A DNA stretch of 64,000 nucleotides from Octopus sinensis (Eukaryota), in NCBI RefSeq assembly GCF_006345805.1, contig NC_043000.1, forward strand, positions 124,248,001 through 124,312,000, given 5' to 3'. The notes beneath the pieces are model-generated. The model had not been told where the DNA came from. It saw nothing but the letters and a program-made list of their open reading frames with translations, and made no database searches. The first letter of the stretch is position 1, and every line of letters begins with the position of its first letter. Of this stretch, positions 11,870-25,150 are shown in pieces. Position numbers and translations under genes: made by a program.

Positions 11870-12067
11870 TTTTGCTTGAAGAACCTTCTCAAATGGTGCA
11901 GCAAATACTTTTATGATCATGTTTAAATCTCGAAGATACTGGTTCTCTTCAAGGATAAAATCTTTAACAATCTCTTCATAAGACAATGAATCTCGTCGAA
12001 CTGGCTCTTCTTCAAGCATTAAAGATGGGTTATCATCATCATCAGGAAAGAAAAGGTTCATGAGACC
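11870..12067 (-). CDS. SOS: SOS coding exon (linker and DH start), 198 nt, phase 0-0: GLMNLFFPDDDD...SYEEIVKDFILEENQYLRDLNMIIKVFAAPFEKVLQAK
   Basis: tatAG/GTaaga sites. DH motif QYLRDLNMIIKVF matches QYIRELNLIIKVF. Confidence 0.94.
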
Positions 12068-13669
12068 CTATAAAATATATCACAAAAGAATGACTTACAA
12101 AAATCTTACAAGAAAAAGCAGTGCAATACAAAGTTCAATTAAGCAAAGACTAGATTTTTCTAGTCAATAGACATTTTTGTGTGTTGTGGGTGTAGGATTG
12201 GAGAAAGGGGATGTATCCATGGTTTGCAGGCCCTTCAAGACAAGTTGGGTTTATGTTGTTAATGTTTCAAGTTGGTGGGTGTAGAAAAGAAGATATATGC
12301 AGTAAGCTGAAGTTCTTCTGAAGAGGACCTGAGGTGGGATCAAGATTGGGGTAATAAAATGGGTGACAAGAGGAGTAAAGATGAGTGGATTTGAGAGTGC
12401 TCTGAGGGGCAGAAGCCACTGTAAAACAGTAGAGATGGGAGAGAAATCGAAGGCAGCAAGCTTATGGGCCAGAGATTGGGAGTGTACCAGCCAGTTGTGT
12501 AACCTTTCTTTTGATGTGATGTGTGTGTGTGGCAGTAATATTATTTCATATGCAGGAGCAGTACTCTGTTGTGGGTACCATTTGAATTGTGTAGAGAATA
12601 ATCTTACACCTTATGTCATTAACGCCATCACCATCAGTTTATATCCCCTTTTCAAAGCTGGCAAGCAAAAACCAATGAACCAGAGAGCTGCACTGAACTC
12701 CAATGCCTGTTTTGGCATGGTTTCTATGGCTGGATGCTCTTCTTAACATCAACCACTTGACAGAATGTACTGAGTGCTTTTTCATGGCACCAGCACTGGT
12801 GAGGTCACCAGAAAACTTGCAAGAGAAGCTCAGCTCCCCCAACTGAGTGGGGTACTGATGGACATGGAAGTATGATAGAGGGACAGAAATAGGCATCTTG
12901 CTGAAGAGGTGAATTCAAAGCTTTCTCAACTGGAGAGAGAGATGGTGAGGCCATATCCTCAAGGTACAAGGTGAATATGAGAGAGAGAATAGGGATTGAG
13001 GAACAGAAGGAATGGGTGGGTAGGTAAGTGTACTAGAGTGTGAAAAGAGCAACAGATGATTAGAGAAGGGCACTGAAGTGGACACAGTGAATAACAGCTT
13101 GGAGGAGGGGAAGTGAAGGGAGTAGGAGAGGACCAGGAAGGAACAAGTCAGTAATAAATGAATAGTTGTGGATGACTTGCTAGTAAATGAAGAAAATGAG
13201 GCACTACCAAGTCAGCTATCATCACACACACACAAAAAAGAAGGAAATGATAAAGACAAATTATCAAAATAAAGCTGATAGTAACAAGCCCTAAATCTAC
13301 ATTAGAAAGTTGGCAAAACAGAAGCCTTCCAGTAAAATAGAAACATTAAAAAACAATAAACGCAAAACATCCAAATACAATTTCACTATGGAATGTCTAT
13401 GAAATCTATGCTGAATAAGATACCATGTTGTTTACAAAATTCTGACCTTATTAAGTAATAATCGTTAGTGACATGGGCGCAAGACCAGAAATTTTGAAGA
13501 ATGGGATTAGTTGATTAAATCTACCCCAGCCTCAAGTTGATTGGCCTCATGAGATTTGAACTCAGAATGTATAGAGCTGGAACAAATATTGTAAGGTATT
13601 TTGTTTGACATTCTAATGATTCTGCCAATCTGCAATCCTTATAAAGTATAGGTCTTCTGGTATTGGTGG

Positions 13670-13721
13670 TATTATTATTATTATTATTATTATATTATAT
13701 TATTATTATTATTATTATTAT

Positions 13722-13786
<65 letters not shown>

Positions 13787-13845
13787 GAAGAAGAAGAAGA
13801 AGAAGAAGAAGACGACGACGACGACGACGATATCATCATCATCAT
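13670..13845. repeat. Compound trinucleotide microsatellite (ATT)n-(AAT)n-(AAG)n-(GAC)n-(CAT)n
   Basis: Directly visible; explains the poly-I/poly-R ORF 13663-13887. Confidence 0.98.
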
Positions 13846-15729
13846 TTAACATCTGTTTTCTATGTTGGTATGGGTTGGGTCTTTTGACAGGAGCTGGCAA
13901 GGCTAGGAGTCACTCCAGGTTCCGTAATCTGTTTTCAGCACAGTTTCAACAGCTGGATGCCCTTCCTAATACCAACCACTTTACAGAGTGTATTGGGTGC
14001 TTTTTAAATGGCACCAGCACCAGTGCCATTTATGTGGTACCAGCACCAGTGCTTTTTATGTGGTACCAACACCAGTCTTTTCACAAATTAAAGAAAGTAC
14101 TTGAATGTATTTTATGATAGCATTTTTAATACATTCTAGTTATATTATGTTAGTAAATTTATTTCCAATAAATAATCTAAGTGATGTCATGATTGTTTAT
14201 GCTATACTTGTCAGGCATTTCGATGCATACTACGGTAGATAACTGACAGAGTTTTGCTATTATTTCATGTGAAGTAGACAAAATTTTAATAACCAAGACT
14301 GTGTTGCCCAAGAGGGTACTTAACAGTATCATTCCATTGGCTACTAGAGTGGTTGTTAAAAAAACTGTTGGTGCAATAAACTCTCAGCAATAAGTGACAG
14401 ATTCCAACGCCTTTGTGGCTTACTACAATAACAATCTTATCATCAAGTAGAAAGCTTTAAAACTTTAGTAGATGGCATGTGATGGTTTTCATTCACTGCA
14501 TATTAAAAACATGCTAAATACACATTCAACTGTCTTTTAAAAAATACGTTATATCAAAACCAACACTTGTAAACTTCTGTTGTAAAATATTTGTTTAAAT
14601 TTTGGCATAAGGCCAGCAAGTTTGGAGGAGGAACAAAGTCGATTACACCGAATCCAGTATTCGACTGGTACTTAGTTTATTGACCCCCCCACCACCACCA
14701 AAGGATGAAAGGCAAAGCCAGCTTCAGCAGCATTTGAACTCAGAACGTAAGGATGGACGAAATACTGTTTAGCATTTTGCTCAGTCTGCTAATGATTCTG
14801 CCAGCTTTGTGTTGTGAAATATTGCCAAGAAGCAGCAAAAACCCACATCTCTCATCATCATCCTTCCACTGCCTTCCCATTTGGTACCACTCCCTAGCCA
14901 CTCCCCCAGCTGAGATGCTTTTGCAACATTCACACTCTACTTGTCCCCTTCCCCTACCTCAATGGTATCCTCCAGCTTCTCTAGCTCCTCAACACCTTTT
15001 CTCATTTTCCTCCTATCCCCATGACCACCCAACACCTCTTTTCTTTAATGACTCTCAGGATTCCACCCAAAACTATTGTTCCCTTCCTTCTCCTTTCCCT
15101 CACCTTTTGTCCATACTTGCCCTAAAAGTGTAGGATAGCCCTAAGCCTTGCCCCTACACAACCTGCCCTTTCCGCGTTGTACCTTTCTTTCTCAATAACC
15201 CCACTAATCCCTTACCTTTCATCTGTTCTCTGCCATACTCCTTCCCAACAATTAGTGCCTACTCTACTACTCCTACACTCCCCACTACTCTTCTATTGCA
15301 ATTATAAATCTGTTCTTTTCAATTTACTCATCCTCTCATCACCACCACCACCATCTATAATCATCACACACACTCTCTCTTCTCAGTTACAGGGGCTATT
15401 TTAGGCCCTTAGCTTTGCAAGTGATGAGGTGATCTTAACTTGTGCTGGTGCCATGAAAAAAGTATCCAGCATACTTCGTAAAGTGGTTGGCATTAGGCAG
15501 GGCATCGAGATGTAGAAATCATGCAAAAGAAGACATGGGTGCAGAACGCAATTCTCCAAACTGTCAGATTCTCTCAAACCGTCCAGCCTATAGCAGCATA
15601 AAAGTGGATGTTGAATAATGATGATGTAGTTGATGACAATGTCAACAATGATGAAAAGCTTTACAGTCTGCATCTACAATGGAAATTCTGGAGGTTCTTA
15701 TACACTGACACAAACAGTTTAGTATATCT

Positions 15730-15966
15730 ATAAAGATGGCGAGCTGGCAGAAACATTAGCATGCCGGGCAAAATGCTTAGCAGTATTTCGTCTGTCGTTA
15801 CGTTCTGAGTTCAAATTCTGCTGAGGTCGATTTTGCCTTTCATCCTTTCGGGGGTCTATAAATTAAGTACCAGTTACGCACTGGGGTCGATGTAATCAAC
15901 TTAATCCCTTTGTCTGTCCTTGTTTGTCCCCTCTATGTTTAGTCCCTTGTGGGCAATAAAGAAATA
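15730..15966 (+). mobile_element. tRNA-derived SINE family A, full length, with 20-bp TSD
   Basis: A-box TGGCAGAAAC and B-box GAGTTCAAATTC. TSD acaaacagtttagtatatct at 15710-15729 and 15967-15986. Confidence 0.9.
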
Positions 15967-16868
15967 ACAAACAGTTTAGTATATCTCAAATTGTTTCTGC
16001 CTAGCAATATCCACAATTTATTTTCCCATAGCACGTGCCATTCATTCTTATTATACATGCACAATCAGCTAAAACCATGTGAAGAGGATACTATGAATAC
16101 CAACAGAACAGGCATGTACTGCCTAATCAGAGTATGAAATATAATTGCAATAATAAAACACTGATAGATTCTTGAAGCTACAACATAATGCATGATTAAT
16201 ATAAAACAGTGAGAATAAATAAGCATTATTTCTGAGAGAATAATGCGAATGCTAATGAGTTGAGTGATTAAATGACTTTACTACTATCAACAACATCTTT
16301 ATGACTCCCTTGCAAGAAACAAAATTAAGACACAAATATTCTACCAAAATTTTATTTTATTTTTTTTTAAAGACAGATACATAATGTATCAGTTTCCACT
16401 GCCAAACTACTAAATTATGGGGGACATAAACAAACCAAAACAAGTTGCCAAGTCATGGAGAGAACAAACAAAGACACTAATAATAATAATAATAATTTTT
16501 AAATCTATTATCCAAAATCAAATATAAATGGGAATAACAAATTATTTTTGAAATTAATTTAGAAATATTATAAAAATCATAAAAATTTCCTAAGAGACAC
16601 AATGAATGGATTAGCTGTGAGTGTCAATTAGAAATCAAATAACTGGAACATTCTTTTTTTTTCTACAGTATAAAATATGGCTGCTTTTCAATAATCAAAA
16701 GCTAACAGTTTAACAAAATCAAATTGCAGTTAAATATTTTAAGTGAAATCTAAATTAACTAATTTCCTCTCTTCCTTATTAAATATGTTATGCTATGCTA
16801 ATTTGCTTCCCACTCATCCTTGAAACTTCTCTCTTTTTTTTTTTTTTTTTTTTAATAAACAAACCTAC

Positions 16869-16949
16869 CTTGTCGGCATTCATGGCAACATTAATATCTT
16901 GCTGTGTGACACAAACATGTTTGATGTTTTTAACATAGTTGTCAGTCAG
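16869..16949 (-). CDS. SOS: SOS coding exon (histone fold end), 81 nt, phase 0-0: LTDNYVKNIKHVCVTQQDINVAMNADK
   Basis: ttgcAG/GTagg sites. Matches [27 protein letters not shown]. Confidence 0.95.
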
Positions 16950-18780
16950 CTGCAACAAAAACAAAAAAAAAAAAATTTAATTAAAATAAAATAAATCAAA
17001 CGAATAAGTTGAATATGAACAAATAAATTGAAAAATTAGCTTGCATTTACATTGAATTTCAGTAACAATTAACATCTGTGAAATGTGTAACAAGATTAGG
17101 AATGTGTCGGTTTCCCCCACCACCCCAAAGTCTAGAACATCAAACAGTGACATTATGAATGTTCCTAAATACTGTGCACTGTGAAAAATTTCATGCTTCC
17201 AACGGACATTTTTATTAATACGCCTTTCCTACCCAACAGAAATCCTTGCAAGTATTGCTATATACTTTATCTTTTACGCGTTTCAGTTATTGGACTGAGG
17301 CCATGCTGGGGGGCAACATCCTGAAGAGTTTAGTCAAACAAATCAACCCCAGTGTTAATTTTTTTTAAAGTCTGGTATTTATTCTATTGGGCAATTTTGC
17401 CAAACTATTAAGTTATGGGGACATAAACAAACCAACACCAGTTGTCAAGCAGTGGTGGGAGACAAACCCAACATACACACACACACACACACACATACAT
17501 AGATAAGGAAATAATTTTATTCTCAAACACAGGATAATGCTAACAATATAGCCTGAACAGGATAAACTATCCATATTTTGCAGAAAAATCTGTCGGCAGC
17601 CAGCCATGAGACTCAAAATCACATCCCTGTTCTTTATCATTAAGCTAAACTGCCCAGGGGAAAATTCTTCAGCAATTTTAGGATACATAAATCTAGCCTT
17701 ATAAGACACTATCGTATGTTTATATATATATAAAACAACCTGTGCTGGTATTATATAAAAAGCACCCTTGCTGGTGTCATATAAAAAGTACTCATGCTGA
17801 TGCTATGCAAAAAGCACCCGTGGTGGTGCCACGTATAAAACACTGATGCTGGTACCACATAAAAAACATCCAGTACAGATTAAGTGGTTGGCATTAGGAA
17901 GGGCATCCAGACATAGAAACATATCAAAACAACAATTGGAGCCTGGTACAGCTCTCTGGCTTGCCAGTTTCTGTCAAACTGTCCAACCCATGCCAGCATG
18001 GAAATCAAATGATGACGATGATGCTTCCATACAGTTTCTTTGTACCAAATTTACACATTGGTTGGTCCAGGACCATAGTAAAAGGCACTTGTCCAAGGTG
18101 CCATGCAAGAAGAAAATGAAGAGGCAAAGTAAACTCACTTTAACATAACCCAAGATCTTCATAATTTAGACATATACTCAAAAGTTACACATTAATAAAG
18201 TAAGATCTTGTGTAACTTCAGAATGAACTTAACTTCCCATAATGTAGTTCTAAATTTGGATGAAAATATGCAGATTTCAATTTCCTAGCAGCAGCAGTGT
18301 CATCACCGTTTTTGCATGTTTTACCCTACGCTGGCACGAGTCACATAAAACTCAAGGCAAATTTTCTACAGTCAGATGCTCTTCCTGTCACTTACTAACC
18401 CTTACATGTTTTCCCAGGGAGATACTTTCCTTCCATTGGTCCTTATATGTCGAAAGCTGAAGCTGCAGGACTTCTGTTTACTGGGGAATGTAAACAAAGA
18501 TAAGCAAATCACATACAAAATTCTCATGTAGGTTTTATAATAACCTGCTTAAGCAGGTTTCTTCATTGTCTGAAGTTGATTAATGTATGTGATTACTCAA
18601 TGTAATCATACCGATGCCAGGCAGTTCAAATGGGGAAAGAATATTAATATTTGTGAAATACTTTTCCCATCAATACATGATGGTCATTCCTGTTGAATTT
18701 AATATATGGATGTTTAAAGGAAAGGATAAAAAAAAATTTTAAATGAACAAATGAGGCAATAAATTTCTTTCCCAAGATGT

Positions 18781-19188
18781 TACACTTTTACTTGTTTCAG
18801 TCATTTGACTGTAGCCATGCCGAAGCACTGCCTTTAGTCGAGCAAATCGACCAGCAGGACTTATTCTTTGCAAGCCTAGTACTTATTCTATTGGTCTCTT
18901 TTGCCGAACCGCTAAGTTACGGGGACGTAAACACACCAGTATCGGTTGTCAAGCGATGTTGGGGGGACAAACACAGATACACAAACATACACACAGACAC
19001 ACACACATATATATAGATACATATATACGACAGGCTTTTTTCAGTTTCCGTCTACCAAATCCACTCACAAGGCTTTGGTCGGCCCGAGGCTACAGTAGAA
19101 GACACTTGCCCAAGGTGCCACGCAGTGGAACAACCCGGAACCATGTTGTTGGTAAGCAAGCTACTTACCACACAGCCACTCCTACGCC
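18781..19188 (-). mobile_element. tRNA-derived SINE family B, full length
   Basis: Head ggcgtaggagtggctgtgtggtaag; body ggccgaccaaagccttgtgagtggatttggtagacggaaactga, internal (CA)/(TA) microsatellite; tail ...gactgaaacaagtaaaag. Confidence 0.9.
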
Positions 19189-21402
19189 TATATCCCTACA
19201 GCTGTAGGGATACCAATGTCTATATTCATAGTACAGTGCCAAAAAACAATCTTACAGCAGCTTATCATCACTCATTGGTAACTTATGTTCATTACAAAAT
19301 CCAATATCTCAATCCCTTATTGCAACTGGTCCTTCACATTAGCTGTCCTCTCAAACATTTTCCTCCTACTTACTTCTACCAGAGAGTATAACCACACATA
19401 ATGCAAATTGTTAGAAAATAATTAATATAGCTCATCATCATTGTTTTTATATCCACTTTCCATGCTTGCATTGGTCTGATGGAATTTTGTGGAGACAGAT
19501 TTTCTACAACTGGATACCCTTCCTGACATCAACCTTCATCTGTTTCCACATAAGGTAATATTACCCCATGACCAGACATGCTTTCATGGAAGATTGGGAA
19601 TGAAGGACACCACTTGCACAATGGTAACATTTGTTTTTTTACAACTTCATGCAATGTTAAAACAAGGAAACACACACACACACACACACACACCCTAAAG
19701 GAAAAGGAAAACAAAATCAAGGCAGGGTCAGTATCTCAGGTAGTTTAGAATATTTAATTAGAGTAAAGGTGAATAAAAAAAAAAGGAGTAGAATGCCCCC
19801 TTTGTTGTGGCAAGACAACTGCTTCTGTCTCTCTGGCTATTTGTCACACTCTAACCTTTCATCCTCTGACACAAGTTCCCCTCCTCAAATGCCATGCCTT
19901 TCTCAAAATTCCTTGTCTTGTGAGTTACTTGGTTATCCTGCCAGTGTTGGTGCCACGTTAAAAGCATCCAGTCCACACTGTAACATGGTTGGCATTTTGA
20001 AGGGCATCCAGCAGTAAAAATCATGCCAAAACTAACCTCACCTGTGCTAGTGCCACATAAAAAAGCACTGAGTCCACTCTTCAGAGTGGTTGGTGTTAGG
20101 AAGGGCATCCAGCCATAAAATCCCTGCCAAAACAGACACAGTAGCCTGGGGTAGTTTTTCTACCTGGCCGGCTCCTGTCACCCGTCCTACCCATGCATGC
20201 AGGGAAGATGGATGTTAAATGATGATGATGATATATATATATATATATATAGGCTTCTTTTAGTTTCCATCAACCAAATCCATTCACAAAGTTTTGGTCA
20301 GCTCAAGGTTATAGAAGACACTTGCCCAAAATGCCATCCAGTGGGGCTGAACCCAAAACCACGTGGTTGGGAAGCAAACTTTTTGTCCCTTCACGTAAAA
20401 TATAGCCCAAAAACATATCCAGAAGGCAATCTTCTTGGACTCGGACAGAGAGAAAGCTCTCAGTCTAGGTAGACAACATTTGTAAATCTGGTGTAAACAG
20501 TAAACACACTTGTCCTCTTTTATTTTCAGCAATTCAAACAAATATAAAATGGAAAAGATTTTAACATGAGAAACCTGCTTCTCTATATTTCCCATGATAT
20601 TGTGACTGTGAATTAATGACTGTATACCCTTCCTTTTGCCAACCAATATGACATCATAGCTGTTTGTTTTAGATAAACCAAAACACCAACTATAATGAAC
20701 ATGTTTTTATGCTAATATAACACATGTCTGGCCAACATGAAACAATAATCATTATACAAATAATAAGAAAAGGAAAGAAAATTATAAAATGAGAAAATGG
20801 AAGAGAAATAATACTTTCTCCTTTCTACTATAGGCACAAGGCCTCAAATTTTGGAGAAGGTGGCTAGTTGATTACATTGATCTCAGTACTTGGCTGATAC
20901 TTGTATCTTGTTGATGTTAATATCAGTTGCTGGCTATTTTGAATTCATTAAGGTCTTCTGAGGACAAAGATGATGTAATGAACATGCAGATGAAGAGATG
21001 AAATACATTGCTTAATAAATTAGTGTTGATATCAGGAAGCATATTTGATGGAGATAATAATCAATGTATGTGCAATACAATATAAAGTTAACTGTTATAA
21101 AATGTTTATACCCAACTTTTGGATTGAGATGAAAGTACTTTTAATTGAGGATACAGCTTCACTGTGCAATTAATTTTGTGCTTATTTGTGCAACAAGACA
21201 GAATACAACCATTAAAAGATAAATGAATTGAATCTCTAAAAGACATATCTTGAGACTCAAGATTTAGAAATATAGAAGAATGTTATATAATTAATGAATA
21301 AAGGTCAGGGAATAACACTATTCTGGATTATGTAACTGAATATTTTTATATTAAGAGAGAAAGTGTTTCTGAAATAGCTCAAAATGGCAAGAGATATAAT
21401 GT

Positions 21403-21637
21403 GAAATGGCGGCGTGCTGGCAGAAACATTAGTACGCCAGGTGAAATGCTTAGCGGTATTTTGTTTGCTGTTGCGTTCTGGGTTCAAATTCCGCCGAGGT
21501 CGACTTTGCCTTTCATCCTTTCGGGGTCGATAAATTAAGTAGCAGTTACACACTGGGGTCAATGTAATCGACTTAATCCCTTTGTCTATCCTTGTTTGTC
21601 CCCTCTATGTTTAGCCCCTTGTGGGCAATAAAAAAAT
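21403..21637 (+). mobile_element. SINE family A, full length, with 14-bp TSD
   Basis: Highly similar to 15730 and 57349 copies. TSD aagagatataatgt at 21389-21402 and 21638-21651. Confidence 0.9.
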
Positions 21638-22884
21638 AAGAGATATAATGTTAAACATTAATAACTACAATAGGCACAAGCATAGCTGGGTGGTTAAGAA
21701 GCTTGTTTCCTAGCTATGTGGTCTTCGGTTCAGTCATACAGCACAGCACCTTGGGCAAGTGTCTCTTACTAGTCCTGGGCTGATCAAGCCTAGAGATTGG
21801 AACTGAAAGAGGCTTGCGTATGTGTGTGTGTGTGTGCATGCTGGGGGCATGCACACCCTTGTCTAAACATTACCATCATCATCATCATCGTTTAACATCC
21901 GCTTTCCATGCTACAATGGGTTGGACGATTTTGACTGAGGACTGGCGAACCAGATGGCTGCAATCTTGATCTGGCAGAGTTTCTACAGCTGGATGCCCTT
22001 CCTAATGCCAACCACTCTGTGAGTGTAGTGGGTGCTTTTTACGTGCCACCGGCATGGGGGCCAGTCAGGCGGTACTGGCAACGACCTCGCTTGAATCTTT
22101 TTACACATGCCACCGGCACAGGTGCCAGTAAGGCGACGCTGGTAATGAGTATCATCGTCATATAAGTGATGTTGTTTGTTTCCAGTCTCTTGTGGAAAAC
22201 ATGTCTCGCCTTGGGAAAATATTACTTTCCTAGAAAACAGGTTAGCGTTAGTGACAGGAAGGGAATCCAGCTGTAGAAAATCTGCCTTGCAAAATTCTGT
22301 TTAAGCCTTGCAAGCATGGAAAATTGAATGTTAAATGATGGTGATGATGATCTTAAAACTTTAAATCACATTATTTGGGGAGATATATATGTGATTTGAA
22401 TAAAACTAAAGCTAAGAGTTACAGAAAAAATAGTATTGAACTAGGTGCAAAATATAGAGTAAGTTTATTGGAATTAAATAGAAAACTAAAAGAATAAACC
22501 AGTGAAAGCTAAAAATAAATTATGCTAAGTGGTGAATTGGATATAAATTAATGGTTTTAAAAAGTATGTTTTTGTTTTTTTTCTGCACAATTAAATGTAA
22601 GAATAAAACTGCCACATTTAATTATGAAACTATAGATTAAAGACTTTTGTGGCAGGTAATAAAATGTGTGAAAATCATTCTATCCAGTAGTTGTTTTGTA
22701 AATGAGATAAAAACAAAACAAAAATTTGTAGTGTTAATTTCAAACTGCAAAATAAGCAGTAGTTAAATTGCAGCTATCTTGTGCATAAATATCATATCAG
22801 AAGGTTGTAGCAACCAAAGAAATAGCAGTAAAACTATAATAGCAGGACAGAGAACAATAAATCTAAAGAAAAATATTGTGTTAC

Positions 22885-22968
22885 CTTAAGTATGTCAGCA
22901 GCAATATATTCAAGAACAGCAACTATATATAAAGAGACTTGGTAATCTACCTTGTAACGGAAAACCTC
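22885..22968 (-). CDS. SOS: SOS coding exon (histone fold), 84 nt, phase 0-0: [28 protein letters not shown]
   Basis: tttcAG/GTaac sites. Near-identical to [31 protein letters not shown]. Absent from the ORF track (too short). Confidence 0.96.
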
Positions 22969-24769
22969 CTGAAAATATCAAAAAGAAACGTTAATTAATG
23001 AGGGGGAAAAAAGCACATTAAAAAAAAATATAATACTTAAATTTGTCATTTATTTAAGTCTGTAAAGAATAAGAATAAATTTCCTGTGCAATGAAGAGTT
23101 CCATGTTATTAAAGATTCTGTAGTCTGCAAACAATGAAGAAAAGGTTGTAAAACAAGGTCAACAAAGACAAAGATAGAGAATATATGCTAGAAACATAAT
23201 ATGAATCTGCAGACAGGGGCCCTCAACTTGTGTACAATAGATCAACATGATAAAAATTTTCAATTACAAAAAGTATTTCTATAGAGCTACAAGCTTAAAC
23301 ATAACAATGATAAAACACTAGCTATTTTTATAAATTTATTTAAATGTCATTTAACTGTAATGCCATTTTTGGCATTAATTTATTCAATTTCCTACTTGAA
23401 TAAAAAACAGAAGCATGTATTGTTGTGCTGCATTTTCATAACAATTACAAGCCAGATTAGATAATTCAGTCCATATTCTAATGGTACCATCAGAATAATG
23501 TCATGGATTTGAATCAATTGTACAGAATTATATTTCTAGATATTAGTTATGTCCAACACTATGTTAATAAAGTTTGAAGGCTTAACAATAAAGCTCTTGA
23601 CAGTCAAAAAAGATCATTGTCTTCTCCTTATCACTAACGCTTGTGGTCATTCTTTCATGGGCTTGCAGCATAGTTTGTCCATTATTTTCATTTGCTGAAA
23701 TTTTATATCTTAAATCTGCTGAAAGTTTTATTCTATTTCACTTATCTATTTTGTTGTTGTTGTTGAGAATATTCTAACAGGAAGGAAAAATACAGAATAT
23801 TTAGTATATACAAACATATCTCTTTCTATTAACAGAAAGATGTATAACTTTAGATAGCTAAATATATCTTTCTTCTCAATTAATAAATATAATACAAAAA
23901 TGTATGACATGCACTTTGGAAAAGATATTCATTTCTATGCCGACTATATTATACTATCACAGTAAAGTACAACTAGTTATTGTTCCACTAGATACATAGC
24001 AAACTATGTCTAATTTAGGTTATTTGTTTATAAATTCCAAATTATTTTTTCCTCAACCAGTTTTTTGTTTTTCTCCAAAACCTTGTTCACAATTTAACTA
24101 TTACAACAAAACAAAGGATGTCAGTGTAGTCTACTCAGCAATGCAGACTCCGTGCCATCATCTATTAGTGAAATGAAGCTAGTAAGTCAATAACTTACAT
24201 AGTTTTGCTATAAGCACTACTTCCACTTTTCACATTTTTATGACTTTGTAAACTAAACAAATTTGCAAACTAAAATCAAGAAATTTTCAAGTGTTAAAAT
24301 TGATAAAATAAAAATCCCCCCCCCCCCAAAAAAAATAAGGGGAAAGAAACAGCTGGCAAAAATATCAACAAAAATGATCTTTATAAACAGGAAGGGTGAT
24401 CACGAATGAATAGTTTATAAAAATTAAATAATATAAGATCAAAATCTCATTTGATGTTTTTACACAAAATTCAGTATAGGTTGTGAAATAAAGTATCTTT
24501 TCTTTAAATATCAACATGGGGCTATCAACTTCGATAATAATAATAATAATTTCCAACTATTTTTCATGCTAATCATAGTAGAATGGTGCTGTATAATAGA
24601 AATAAGAAAAGTTTAACACCTTAGATGGTTACTGGATATAACAAACAATGTGTTGAGGTATCAAAGAATAATCCACCCACCAAAAGATGGTATTCAGACC
24701 TGGAATATGACAGCCAGTAAAGCAACCTTTTATAACACTAGTTTAAAATTTTGACACAAGGATGGCAGG

Positions 24770-25150
24770 TTCAGTCAATTACAATGGCCACCAGTGCTCA
24801 ACTGGTACTTATTTTATCAACCCTGAAAGGCAAAGTTGACCTTGGCAGAATTTGAACTCAGAGCGTAAGAACGGACAAAATGCCACTAAGCATTTTGCCC
24901 AGCGTGCTAGCCATTCTGCCAGCTTGCTGCCTTAATAATCCTTTCTACTAAAGGCACAATGCCTGAAATTTGGGGGGAGGGGACTAGTTGATTATATTGA
25001 CCCCCCAGTGTTTCACTGGTACTTAATTTATTGAATCCAAAAGGATGAAAGGCAAAGTTGACCTTGGCAGCATTTGAACTCAGAATGTAAGGGCAGACAA
25101 AATACCACTAAGCATTTTGCCCAGCGTACTAATGATTCTGCCAGCTTGCT
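24770..25150 (-). mobile_element. Two tandem SINE family A-related copies
   Basis: Repeated aaaggcaaagttgaccttggcag..tttgaactcaga..cattttgcccagcgt..ctgccagcttgctgcc blocks. Confidence 0.8.

Noticed and set aside
12363-12896. Overlapping ORFs of 127 and 85 aa, plus most other 60-160 aa ORFs in the track (for example 14753, 41639, 47375, 63392)
   Set aside because: They lie in SINE or LINE-UTR repeats or low-complexity DNA, often start at non-ATG codons, and show no domain motifs or splice context.
13663-13887. ORF with poly-Ile and poly-Arg
   Set aside because: Translation of the compound microsatellite; not a gene.
22966-22971. CAG-GAG tandem (NAGNAG) acceptor
   Set aside because: GAG is rarely used as an acceptor and the Glu is conserved in SOS; nothing supports alternative use.
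23590-23745. ~52-codon open stretch on the minus strand 0.6 kb upstream of the 84-nt exon
   Set aside because: No credible donor site or recognisable motif; within chance expectation.
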